Of a stretch of 64,000 bases of DNA, positions 50,805 through 59,504 are shown piece by piece. The stretch spans positions 128,001 through 192,000 of the forward strand of contig JBKAGE010000070.1 of the NCBI GenBank assembly GCA_046290225.1, read 5' to 3'. Made by a program: the position numbers and the translations under genes. The first letter of the stretch is position 1, and each line of letters starts with the position of its first letter. Source of the DNA: Bradymonadia bacterium. GTDB taxonomy: Bacteria; Myxococcota_A; Bradymonadia; UBA7976; UBA1532. The notes beneath the pieces are model-generated. The model was given only the letters and a program-made list of their open reading frames with translations. It ran no database searches and was not told the origin of the DNA.

Positions 50805-51989
50805 TCAGCGGGGGGCGTAGCCCATCCAGTTCAGACAGGGTAGACCGCCGGACTCACCTTCAGAGACGATATACACCCCTTCGGCGTCGACGACACCCTC
50901 CCCATACCGCTCCCAGTCTCCCTCGGGTACGTGCTCTCCGTCAGCGAGGGTGCAGTTGAGCCCACCCAACGCAAACAGATCGACCGTGGTGCCCGGGGGG
51001 AGTTCGGTCTCGTTGGGGATACGCACCGTGAAGGGGGTGCCCTGCACGTCGCCCTCGGGCACGAAGGCGTAGATCGCAGTGGGCGTGGGCTCGTCTTCGA
51101 GGAAGTACAGCCCCGGAGCATCTTCAGGATCGATCCGGCGCACACCCAGGCGGTCGTAGCTGGAGAAGAAGCGATCAGGCACGACCTCGACCTCGAGGCC
51201 ATCATAGAAAGTCACCGTACGGGGGGCCGCGCCGTCCCCCTCGGGGGGCAGGTCGCCGCCTACAGTGCGGTAGAGCACCGTAGGCGAATCGAGGCGCATG
51301 ATGCCGTCGGTCACCGTGTCGAAGGTGGCCACATCATAGCTCGTGGCCTGCTCGGAGCCCGGCAACAACACACGCTGAGCCACCTTCTCCATGCACTGCG
51401 CTTCGGCGTTCACCGAGATGGTGTATGCACCGTCGGCTCGCGTGTCGGCAGGTTGCAGACAAAGCAACATGCCATCGGGGGCGATGTTGATGCAGGCCTG
51501 GGCCTTGGCACCCGAGACCGCCTGACCTTGATCGTTCACGACCCAGCCGCGGATCTCGGTGACCCATTCAAACTCGGCGCCACAACTCGGCGGCCGGGGG
51601 ATCACCTGTGCCGGGGGCTCGGCGATGCTCGCCGGCATGTCCAGCTCGGTCTCCACAGGCGGAGGAGGCGCCACACCAGGACCACCGCCACCGACATCAC
51701 CACCAGCGCCACCGGGCTCACCGCCCATGCCACCGAGGCCACCGGCACCGCCCATGATCTCGCCGCCAGCGCCGCCGGCCATGCCTCCGGCGCCACCGGG
51801 CTCGCCGCCACCGCCGCCCATACCTCCGGCGCCTGCCATGCCCCCGCCGGCAAAGGCACCACCGCCTCCGCCAAAGGGCGACGGATCAGAGTCACTGTCG
51901 TCTTCGGAGCAACCGGCCAGGGCCAGCGCGAAAATTAAGCCTGGGGCCACAGGGATCAGGGACCGAACGCGCATTCGGGGGTGTCGCAT
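50805..51989 (-). CDS. Gly-linker lipoprotein of unknown function
   Basis: Lipobox LAGC; long GGxGG linker; beta-rich C-terminal region with paired Cys. Confidence 0.8.
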   Translation of the reverse strand: MRHPRMRVRSLIPVAPGLIFALALAGCSEDDSDSDPSPFGGGGGAFAGGGMAGAGGMGGGGGEPGGAGGMAGGAGGEIMGGAGGLGGMGGEPGGAGGDVGGGGPGVAPPPPVETELDMPASIAEPPAQVIPRPPSCGAEFEWVTEIRGWVVNDQGQAVSGAKAQACINIAPDGMLLCLQPADTRADGAYTISVNAEAQCMEKVAQRVLLPGSEQATSYDVATFDTVTDGIMRLDSPTVLYRTVGGDLPPEGDGAAPRTVTFYDGLEVEVVPDRFFSSYDRLGVRRIDPEDAPGLYFLEDEPTPTAIYAFVPEGDVQGTPFTVRIPNETELPPGTTVDLFALGGLNCTLADGEHVPEGDWERYGEGVVDAEGVYIVSEGESGGLPCLNWMGYAPR

Positions 51990-52195
51990 CACTCAACCTC
52001 TCTCGACTTCTTCAGACGCTGGCAGCCTATGGCAACACTGACATCGTGCGCAAAGGTACGCACGTCGCCGAGAAAAGTTATCCATGTCGATGACTCAAAG
52101 TGAAAGGGGCAGAAATCTGCACATCGGCCTTCTCCTCAGCTCTGTGTTACTCTGACGCCGACTGGGAGAGAGACACCAACAGCATCGGAGGGCAT

Positions 52196-53755
52196 ATGCG
52201 TCTTCACATTTTCGGCCTCATCACCCTGTGCCTCGCCTTTGGCGTCGCCTGTGACGATGGCGGCGGCAGCGCCACCCCTGATCTCAATGATCCCAAAGCA
52301 GGTGTCGCTTCGACGCAGCTCACCGCCCCCGAGAATGCTCAGTTCTCCGAGGGTGCTCTGCAGCTCATCGTGGAAGACAGCATCGCCCTCAACCTAGTGG
52401 CCGTCCTCGAAGACGGCAGCACCCAGAGCGGCACCGAGGCCGCCACCTGGTCCAGCTCCGACAGCTCGGTGCTCGAGCTCACTGGCCCCGGCGCCTTCAC
52501 CGCCCTCAAGGCCGGCGAGGTGGAGATCATCGCCACCCTCGGTGAGCAGACCGCCACCATGCCCGTGGCCATCGCTCCCATCGCCGTTGAGTCCCTCACC
52601 GTGAGCCCCAGCGAAGAGCAGGTGCTCTCCATCGGTGAGTCGGTGCAGCTCACCGTCACCGCCACCCTGGTGAACGGTAAAGAAGAAGACGTCACCGAGC
52701 GCGCCGAGTGGACCTCTTCCAACCTCGACGTCGTCGACGTCGATGGTGGCCTCGTCACTCTGCTCAGCGCCGGCGGCGGCGAGATCACCGCCACCGTCGA
52801 CGACGTGAGCGTGAGCGTCTTCGTGAAGGCCGACTGCGCCTACCCCGAGAACGCCCCCGCGTCGAGCGACAACGGCCTGCAGGTGGGCTCGGTGATCCCG
52901 AACCTGACCTGGAACGGTGCCTTCGGAAACAACAAAAACGTCGACTTCAGCCTCGAGGACATCTACTGCGGTGCCCAGGGCTTCGAGAATGTCAGCTCCA
53001 TCACCTTCATCCTCACCGCCGGCTGGTGCCCCGCCTGTAAAGAGTTCATCCCGGCCTTCAACAACGAGTTCCACAACCGCATCACCCAGAGCGGCAGCGT
53101 GGTGATCTACGTGGAGACCGAGACCGACACCTACGGCCCGGCGACCCACGCCTACGCCAACGACGACATCACCCGCCTCATCGGCCCCAAGAACGGCCTG
53201 CGCGTCGGCGACGCCCAGACCACCCCCACGCAGGATTTCTTCCGCACCAGCCCCACCATCACCGCCATGCCCACGCAGATGGTGGTGCGCACCAGCGACA
53301 TGCAGATCATCGCCAGCTCGGCCCAGACCCCGAGCCTGCTGCCCTTCGCCGAGCTCGCCGCTGATCCCGAGGGCGACTGGAGCCACCTGCTGCCCACCCC
53401 GAACTGTGGCCCTGAAGACGAGGAGCCCACGGAGCCCAACAACGATCCCGCCACCGCAGGCATGATCTCCGCCGGCAGCTTCGAAGGCGGTGTCTGTGAC
53501 GGCCAGCCCGACTTCTTCCAGATCAACGAAGAGGGCAGCTACGACGTGGTGCTCGAGTTCAACCACGGCGAGGCCGATCTCGACATGGCCATCTGGCCCG
53601 CGGGCTCTGATCCCCAGAACGATCAGCCCACCGCCGTGAGCGATGGCACTGGCAACCAGGAGCAGGTGAGCTTCACCGGGCCTTCCCTGGTGGTGGTCTA
53701 CAGCTACAGCCCCGCCTTCAGCACCAGCTACCGCCTGTCAGTGACCCCCAACTGA
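52196..53755 (+). CDS. Lipoprotein with two Ig-like (Big_2) domains, a thioredoxin-fold domain and a PPC-like domain
   Basis: GGAGG SD; lipobox GVAC; WSSSD/WTSSN Ig repeats; TAGWCPAC; EPNN...ADLDM. Confidence 0.85.
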   Translation: MRLHIFGLITLCLAFGVACDDGGGSATPDLNDPKAGVASTQLTAPENAQFSEGALQLIVEDSIALNLVAVLEDGSTQSGTEAATWSSSDSSVLELTGPGAFTALKAGEVEIIATLGEQTATMPVAIAPIAVESLTVSPSEEQVLSIGESVQLTVTATLVNGKEEDVTERAEWTSSNLDVVDVDGGLVTLLSAGGGEITATVDDVSVSVFVKADCAYPENAPASSDNGLQVGSVIPNLTWNGAFGNNKNVDFSLEDIYCGAQGFENVSSITFILTAGWCPACKEFIPAFNNEFHNRITQSGSVVIYVETETDTYGPATHAYANDDITRLIGPKNGLRVGDAQTTPTQDFFRTSPTITAMPTQMVVRTSDMQIIASSAQTPSLLPFAELAADPEGDWSHLLPTPNCGPEDEEPTEPNNDPATAGMISAGSFEGGVCDGQPDFFQINEEGSYDVVLEFNHGEADLDMAIWPAGSDPQNDQPTAVSDGTGNQEQVSFTGPSLVVVYSYSPAFSTSYRLSVTPN

Positions 53756-53785
53756 TCTCAACATGACCGACCCTGAGGTGTTTCG

Positions 53786-54583
53786 ATGACATATGATCAG
53801 CGCCACACACCTCAAGCCCAGGCCGGTGCGCAGTTGCAGCTCACCGAGGCCCAAGCGGCCACCCCCTTCGGTGCCCAATCGAGTGCAGTTCAACAGAGCG
53901 CCGAGCTCATCGCTGCCCACACAGACGCAACATCGGGCAACGCCGCCACTGTGCAGCATGCGCCCTCAGATCGTGGGGCAAAGGTGAGCCCCCACGTCGC
54001 CCGCCTGCACCTCTATGCAAAAGTCGATGTCGCCGAGATGACACTCGAGCATCTCGAACAGGGTCATGTGGGCCACACTTGGGTGGCCCTTGAGTGGAAA
54101 GATCCTTCGGCTGTGCCCGAAGACATTCACGCGGCCCATCGCCCCCTGCTCCAGAGTGGGGGCGCCTACGCCGATCCCTTTGGATTCTGGCCTGCAGAGG
54201 GATACGAAACCAATGTGCTGTCTTCGTACGTCAAAGGCGTTCTGCTGCAACCAGACACCGCGTACCAGGGCAGCGAGCAGGCCTCACAGACCTGGGATCT
54301 CACTCAGGCCGAGGCCGAATCGGTGATCGAGTATGCCGAGTCCAAGCGTGATGCTGAGTACTCGGTCTACTTCTACAACTGCACCACCTTCGGCAAAGAA
54401 GCGGTGGAAGCAGCAGGCAAGAGCCCCCCAAGCATGTGCGACGTCAATGTCTGCATGCCCAACACCCTCTACGAAGGCATCAAAGAGCGCCAGGACGACC
54501 GCCAAGGGCAGACGCGCACCCATGATCTGGAAACAGGTGCCAGCGTGGAAGCCTACCACCCCGACACGCGCTCCAAGATCTGA
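53786..54583 (+). CDS. Hypothetical protein with permuted papain-like His/Cys motifs
   Basis: GAGG SD; low-complexity Q/A-rich N-terminus; GHVGHTWV, FGFWP and YSVYFYNCTTF. Confidence 0.7.
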   Translation: MTYDQRHTPQAQAGAQLQLTEAQAATPFGAQSSAVQQSAELIAAHTDATSGNAATVQHAPSDRGAKVSPHVARLHLYAKVDVAEMTLEHLEQGHVGHTWVALEWKDPSAVPEDIHAAHRPLLQSGGAYADPFGFWPAEGYETNVLSSYVKGVLLQPDTAYQGSEQASQTWDLTQAEAESVIEYAESKRDAEYSVYFYNCTTFGKEAVEAAGKSPPSMCDVNVCMPNTLYEGIKERQDDRQGQTRTHDLETGASVEAYHPDTRSKI

Positions 54584-54773
54584 CTCGGCGCCATTCACGG
54601 GCCCACCTCACATCAGCCGTACGATACAACCGCGCGCTGGCTACGACTCCAATGTGTTTGTCTCAAACAACTTGATGCAGTGCTCGCTCATCCATTGTGA
54701 GTGAACCGCCATTCAATCTCGGCTATATTGCCCCGGATCACAGCCCCGCCATATGGCCTAAGGAGCAAGAGAC

Positions 54774-55940
54774 ATGACCCGCCCCGCCCTCACGGTACTC
54801 GCCGAAGACGAGCAGATGTTCTACGACGAGGTGGCCAAGTTCGCCCGCAACCAGATCGGCCCCCTGGTCCACGATATGGACACCCAGGGCCAGGTGCACC
54901 CCGAGCTGATGCCCAAGCTCTTCGAGCAGGGCGTCATGGGCATCGAGATCCCCGAGAAGTTCGGCGGCGCCGGCAGCAGCTTCTTCACCAGCATCGTGGT
55001 CATCGAGGCCCTCGCCACCATCGATCCGAGCATCTCGGTGCTCGTCGACGTGCAGAACACCCTCGTGATCAACGCCCTGAACCGTTGGGCCACCGACGAG
55101 CAGAAGGCGAAGTACTTCCCCAAGATGGCTTCCGAGTGGGTGGGCTCCTACTGCCTGAGCGAAGCCGGCAGCGGCTCCGACGCCTTCGCCCTCAAGACCC
55201 GCGCCGATCGCAACGAGGCCGGCAACTGGGTCATCAACGGCACCAAGCTCTGGATCACCAACGCCAAGGAGGCGTCGCTGTTCCTGGTCTTCGCCAACAC
55301 CGACTTCGACAAGGGCTACAAGGGCATCACCGCCTTCATCGTCGAAAAGGGTGCCCCGGGCTTCACCGTGGGCAAGAAGGAAGACAAGCTCGGCATCCGC
55401 GCTTCGAGCACCTGCGAGCTGACCTTCGAAGATGTCGAGGTCACTGACGCTCAGGTCCTCGGCGTGGTGGGCAAGGGCTACAAGATCGCCATCGAGACCC
55501 TCAACGAGGGCCGCATCGGCATCGGCGCTCAGATGGTGGGCCTCGCTCAAGGCGCCCTCGACGTGGCCATGAAGCACATGCTCGAGCGCAAGCAGTTCGG
55601 TAAGCGCCTCGCTGACTTCCAGGGCATGCAGTTCCAATACGCTCAGTGCGCCACCGACATCGAAGCAGCCCGCCTGATGGTCTACAACGCCGCCCGCTTG
55701 AAAGATGCCGGCAAGCCATTCCTCAAAGAGGCGGCCATGGCCAAGCTCTTCGCCAGCCAGGTGGCCCAGCGCGTGTCGTCGCAGTGTGTCGAATTCCACG
55801 GCGGCGTGGGCTTCACCCGGGAGTACCCTGCGGAGAAGTTCTACCGTGACGCCAAGATCGGCTCGATCTACGAGGGCACCTCGAACATGCAGCTGCAGAC
55901 CATCGCCAAGCTGATGCAGGCCCAGTACGACAAGGGCTGA
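54774..55940 (+). CDS. Acyl-CoA dehydrogenase (short/branched-chain type)
   Basis: YCLSEAGSGSD, NGTKLWITN, KLGIRASST, RKQFG, GGVGF and IYEGT. Confidence 0.96.
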   Translation: MTRPALTVLAEDEQMFYDEVAKFARNQIGPLVHDMDTQGQVHPELMPKLFEQGVMGIEIPEKFGGAGSSFFTSIVVIEALATIDPSISVLVDVQNTLVINALNRWATDEQKAKYFPKMASEWVGSYCLSEAGSGSDAFALKTRADRNEAGNWVINGTKLWITNAKEASLFLVFANTDFDKGYKGITAFIVEKGAPGFTVGKKEDKLGIRASSTCELTFEDVEVTDAQVLGVVGKGYKIAIETLNEGRIGIGAQMVGLAQGALDVAMKHMLERKQFGKRLADFQGMQFQYAQCATDIEAARLMVYNAARLKDAGKPFLKEAAMAKLFASQVAQRVSSQCVEFHGGVGFTREYPAEKFYRDAKIGSIYEGTSNMQLQTIAKLMQAQYDKG

Positions 55941-56148
55941 GCAATACTGACCTCCCCTGCTCACCACCCACCTCGCCAAGATCCACAAAGTACGCACGGC
56001 TCGATACGAGAGACTGTTCAAGAATGAGCGTCGAGCTGGTTTGCACTTGAGCGTCGACCCATTTTGGTTCAGCCTGACGCAGAAGACGGTCGCGTGCGCA
56101 AGCCGCTCGGCGGTGATCGCTCAGTGACAACAGTGTGGGGTGAATTCA

Positions 56149-57801
56149 ATGAATCGTTTTGTATGTGTGGCCGGCGTCGCCTGGTCGCTTGTGGGCTGTG
56201 ATCTCATCTCTTCCTCAGAAGACTCATCAAATGAGCTCCGTCGGCAAAGAGAAGCTGTCGTCTGTGAGGTGCAAGCATGCGAAGATGGAATCGGTCATCG
56301 CCAAAGCGCGCTGAGCAGCGCAGCCCCCGTATTCATGCGGCGGGTTGAAAAGGCCGAGGTCGTCGCCAAGCTCGACACCCTCTTACACGAAGACCATCTG
56401 GCAGCGCAGTGGCTGTATGCGTGGCTTCAGCCCGAAGCCCTCGACGCCACCCTGGCGCCTGAGCTGCTGGAGGCCGCCCGAAGCGCCGCGCTCTCACCCG
56501 TTCGGCGGGCCAAGGTATCTCAACAACTCGACGAAGCTCTGCCTCACTGGCGACAACTTGGCCAACGGCGCATCGAAAGCGTGGGTCATCATCTGAACGC
56601 ACGGCCGGAGCGACCTGCCCTCGCAGTGGGCAGATACCCGCTCGAAACATCAGGCTGTGGCGAGATGGCTCTACGCATGGCCATCGAGAGCGTGCAAGTC
56701 GTCGAGCGCGAAGACAACATCCTTGGCGATAAGATCTATTGCGTCATCCGAGCGCAAGATGACACACAGGTCGAGGTCTTGCAGACTGATCCATCGCCAG
56801 CACTCGGGGTGAACGGACGGCACGACTTCGAGCACACGATCTTTTATGGGCGAGCAGGACATCGAGACCCAGGGCAAGATCTGAAGATCAACTATGACTG
56901 CTACGAGATCGACGATGACGAGGATTACGAGCGTATCTCTGAAATCATCGACGAACTTGAGCGCGTTGGTGTGCATCTGGGCAAGCTCACTGGCACGCCG
57001 CAGGCCGCAGCATTCGCGGTGCAGATCGCCGAGTGGGCCCGCATCGTCGCCCAGTTTGCGGCGATCTTCGACGGAGACGATCATCTCTACATACATGAAG
57101 AGATTCTGGATCGCCGCGCCCTATGGCGCCTGATGACCGACCGCAGGCGCACCCTGGTGGCCCGAGACGAGAACAACCTCTCGGAATGGTCTTGGGTGCT
57201 GTCGTTTCGCACGGATGGGTGTGCCATGGGCGTCTCTTCCGAAGAGCCAGCGCCCTCGGGCCCGCGCTGTTCAGAGACGTGTGTTGGGTGCTGCGTGGGC
57301 GAGCGCTGCGTGACGGCCACCGACAACCAAGCATGTGGCTCGGATGGAGCGTCATGCCGTTCCTGTCAGGGGGCGGACGTCTGTACAGATGGCGTGTGCA
57401 CCTTCGACGTTGATCGCGTGGCGGTGGATCTGAGCGTGGTCTCGGCCCACATAGAGCGCAATAAGTCTGACGGGCGATGCTGGGATCTCGGCGGCTGTGG
57501 CAACCCGCCCGATGTGTATATTTCAGTTGATGGCGGCGGATGCCAGGGTGCCACCCCCATCCAAGAGGCCTTCTCACCCGCATGGGGTGCCACAGTGTGT
57601 CCGAGCCTGACCGCCGGGGCGCTCCTCGACGGTGTCTTCGTACGGGCGATCGACGACGACCTCCAAAGTGACGATCTCATCGGCGAGTGCTGGTTTTACT
57701 TCACTGAGCAAGAGATACGTGGGTTCTCTTCTGGTCGAGTCGAAGAGAAGACCCGACGCTGCGGCGCTGCAGAGATCACTCTCGGGATTCAGCTTCGCTG
57801 A
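56149..57801 (+). CDS. Lipoprotein with Cys-rich module and C-terminal C2-like domain
   Basis: Lipobox LVGC; CxxxCxGCC...ACG...C module; WD..GNPPDVYI...IDDDLQSDDLIG; start GTG 56140 or ATG 56149. Confidence 0.75.
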   Translation: MNRFVCVAGVAWSLVGCDLISSSEDSSNELRRQREAVVCEVQACEDGIGHRQSALSSAAPVFMRRVEKAEVVAKLDTLLHEDHLAAQWLYAWLQPEALDATLAPELLEAARSAALSPVRRAKVSQQLDEALPHWRQLGQRRIESVGHHLNARPERPALAVGRYPLETSGCGEMALRMAIESVQVVEREDNILGDKIYCVIRAQDDTQVEVLQTDPSPALGVNGRHDFEHTIFYGRAGHRDPGQDLKINYDCYEIDDDEDYERISEIIDELERVGVHLGKLTGTPQAAAFAVQIAEWARIVAQFAAIFDGDDHLYIHEEILDRRALWRLMTDRRRTLVARDENNLSEWSWVLSFRTDGCAMGVSSEEPAPSGPRCSETCVGCCVGERCVTATDNQACGSDGASCRSCQGADVCTDGVCTFDVDRVAVDLSVVSAHIERNKSDGRCWDLGGCGNPPDVYISVDGGGCQGATPIQEAFSPAWGATVCPSLTAGALLDGVFVRAIDDDLQSDDLIGECWFYFTEQEIRGFSSGRVEEKTRRCGAAEITLGIQLR

Positions 57802-58074
57802 TGTACGTGCAGACCCCTGATACACCTCTATCACTGCTCGATGTGCGACACTGCGTGTGTTGTGCAAAAAGAAAACATGAGCACCCTGCCTGAAAGCCAA
57901 ACGTAAAACGCTCGACCACCCCACTGCTCATCTGGCGGACTTGAAGGGCCCTGCCTCGCCCCTACACCCAAATCCCCTGCGCCTCGTGGGCAAGGCATCA
58001 AGCGTGCCACCTACCCCATTGGACGCTAAGCGACTGAATTATTTAAGAACAGGTACCCTGGAGCTTCTAGGAGG

Positions 58075-58153
58075 TATGTGCGTGCACATGTGCATGCACA
58101 CGGCTTTGCACATGTGCACATGTGCGCGCACACCCCTGACCATGTGCGCATGC
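58075..58153. repeat. Overlapping TGCACATGTGCA-type palindromic, alternating purine-pyrimidine repeats
   Basis: TATGTGCGTGCACATGTGCATGCACAC...TGCACATGTGCACATGTGCGCGCACAC...CATGTGCGCATGC. Confidence 0.8.
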
Positions 58154-58214
58154 TCGCCTCTCGGCCCATCGTCCGTGGCGCATACAGCACTTACGCGAGT
58201 AGCCCGTTTCGCTC

Positions 58215-58632
58215 TGGGTCCTCGAAAAGTGACCCATTAGGGAACACAGTCAAAAGCCGATGATCAGGTCACTACATGGAGCTGCTCAACAGTTTGTGTA
58301 GTTGTGCCTCTGCACACATGACTTGGGGCCGGGTGGCAAATCTCTTTCCTCTTCAGCCAATCCCTGCCACTCGGCCCCTGTCTCCGCATCCTTGTCACAC
58401 ATCACCTCCCCAGGCAATGCGCCTATTTCATAAAGACGCAACGAAACGAATCCGAAACATTAACTAACTACGCCAGCATCCCCTGTGCTTGCGTAGCAGT
58501 GCCTTTGAGCACGTCAGAGGATCGAGTGGCGCCACACTGGTCTGCTTAGGGCAGGCTCCCGCCTCGCTGAGTATGTAAAACCCGATCTCACCTCAGCATA
58601 TCTGACCTCAGCCCTGCGCTGCTCGATCCTCT
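58215..58632 (+). ncRNA. Candidate structured non-coding RNA region (series of hairpins)
   Basis: Stems at 58215-58236, 58271-58302, 58325-58378, 58468-58496 and 58516-58632; most non-Watson-Crick positions are G-U on the + strand. Confidence 0.5.
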
Positions 58633-58685
58633 CTACTTGAGATTCACCAGGGCAAACAATGAGCGACAGCCAGCACCTCCCGAGA

Positions 58686-58922
58686 TCAATCGTCTTCGAT
58701 CACATCCAGTGTGATCTCGTCATTGCCCCAGCTCATCGCCTCCCCCACACAGCGTGCCACATGGGGCATGCAAAGCATCACTGCAGGTCGCCCGGAGCAA
58801 TGACAACCTGTACCTGCCCCACCTGAATAACGGAAGCCTCTCTGCTGGGCATGCACGGTGCCAGTACACGCTCTCTCCGGTGCCTCACGCGCCTTGCAGC
58901 AATCTGCCTCGACTCTGGTCAT
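58686..58922 (-). CDS. Small Cys-rich protein (78 aa), possibly metal-binding
   Basis: GGGAGAGG SD before ATG 58922; 7 Cys including CC, CHC and LCMPH. Confidence 0.45.
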   Translation of the reverse strand: MTRVEADCCKAREAPERACTGTVHAQQRGFRYSGGAGTGCHCSGRPAVMLCMPHVARCVGEAMSWGNDEITLDVIEDD

Positions 58923-59108
58923 CACCTCTCCCTTCGAACATCTTCGACGCATGTGGGCAGGGCATCCTCACCACACTTGCTCACCGCATACCCCCGTACA
59001 CAGTGAACCCACCCCACACCCTCATCTAGGGGGCAGCCTGCGCCGTTCTCTCTGGACATCTCGGAAAAAGTGAACTTCCGGGTCTTCAAGTGTCGGGAGG
59101 TCAGCATC

Positions 59109-59504
59109 ATGACGGTAAAATCGAGTCATCGTTCGGAACTGGTGTGCCTCCTGGCGCGCTTTGACCTGCCGGCTCTGGCGGAGGCGCTCGGGGTCAGTCT
59201 GAAGCGACTTCAGAGGGTTTTGCGCGCACTCGATACCGGCGGGTCATGGCCCACCCGGGGGAGGCTCACGATGGACCGGGTGGCTGTGGCCTTGCAGGTC
59301 GATCCGACCCTGCTCGAACGCGAGACACCCGATCTGCGCCGACTGGTCCTCGAAGGATGGTTGAGGGAGAAACACGGGCCCGAGTTGGAGCGTACAGCCC
59401 ACGAGGTTCGGGGCTATGGCGAGGCGGTATTGAGAGAGGCCCGCGCCTTGCGGGCTGCGGCAGAGCGACCTCTCAAGCGTCTCGGGGGCGGGGTGGCGGA
59501 GTAG
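59109..59504 (+). CDS. Putative XRE-like HTH DNA-binding protein
   Basis: GGGAGG SD; LPALAEALGVSLKRLQRVL and RVAVALQVDPTLL pattern. Confidence 0.65.
   Translation: MTVKSSHRSELVCLLARFDLPALAEALGVSLKRLQRVLRALDTGGSWPTRGRLTMDRVAVALQVDPTLLERETPDLRRLVLEGWLREKHGPELERTAHEVRGYGEAVLREARALRAAAERPLKRLGGGVAE

Noticed and set aside
57843..57875. Intrinsic terminator (hairpin followed by AAAAAGAAAA)
   Set aside because: The A tract is on the wrong side to give a U tail on either strand, and the stem has three G-U pairs.
58075..58153. CRISPR array
   Set aside because: Units are short overlapping palindromes without regular unique spacers; no cas genes.
58215..58632. tmRNA, RNase P RNA or retron msr-msd
   Set aside because: No tRNA-like ends with T-loop and CCA, no GAAAGUCC or ACAGAA..CGGCUUA motifs, and no reverse transcriptase in the window.
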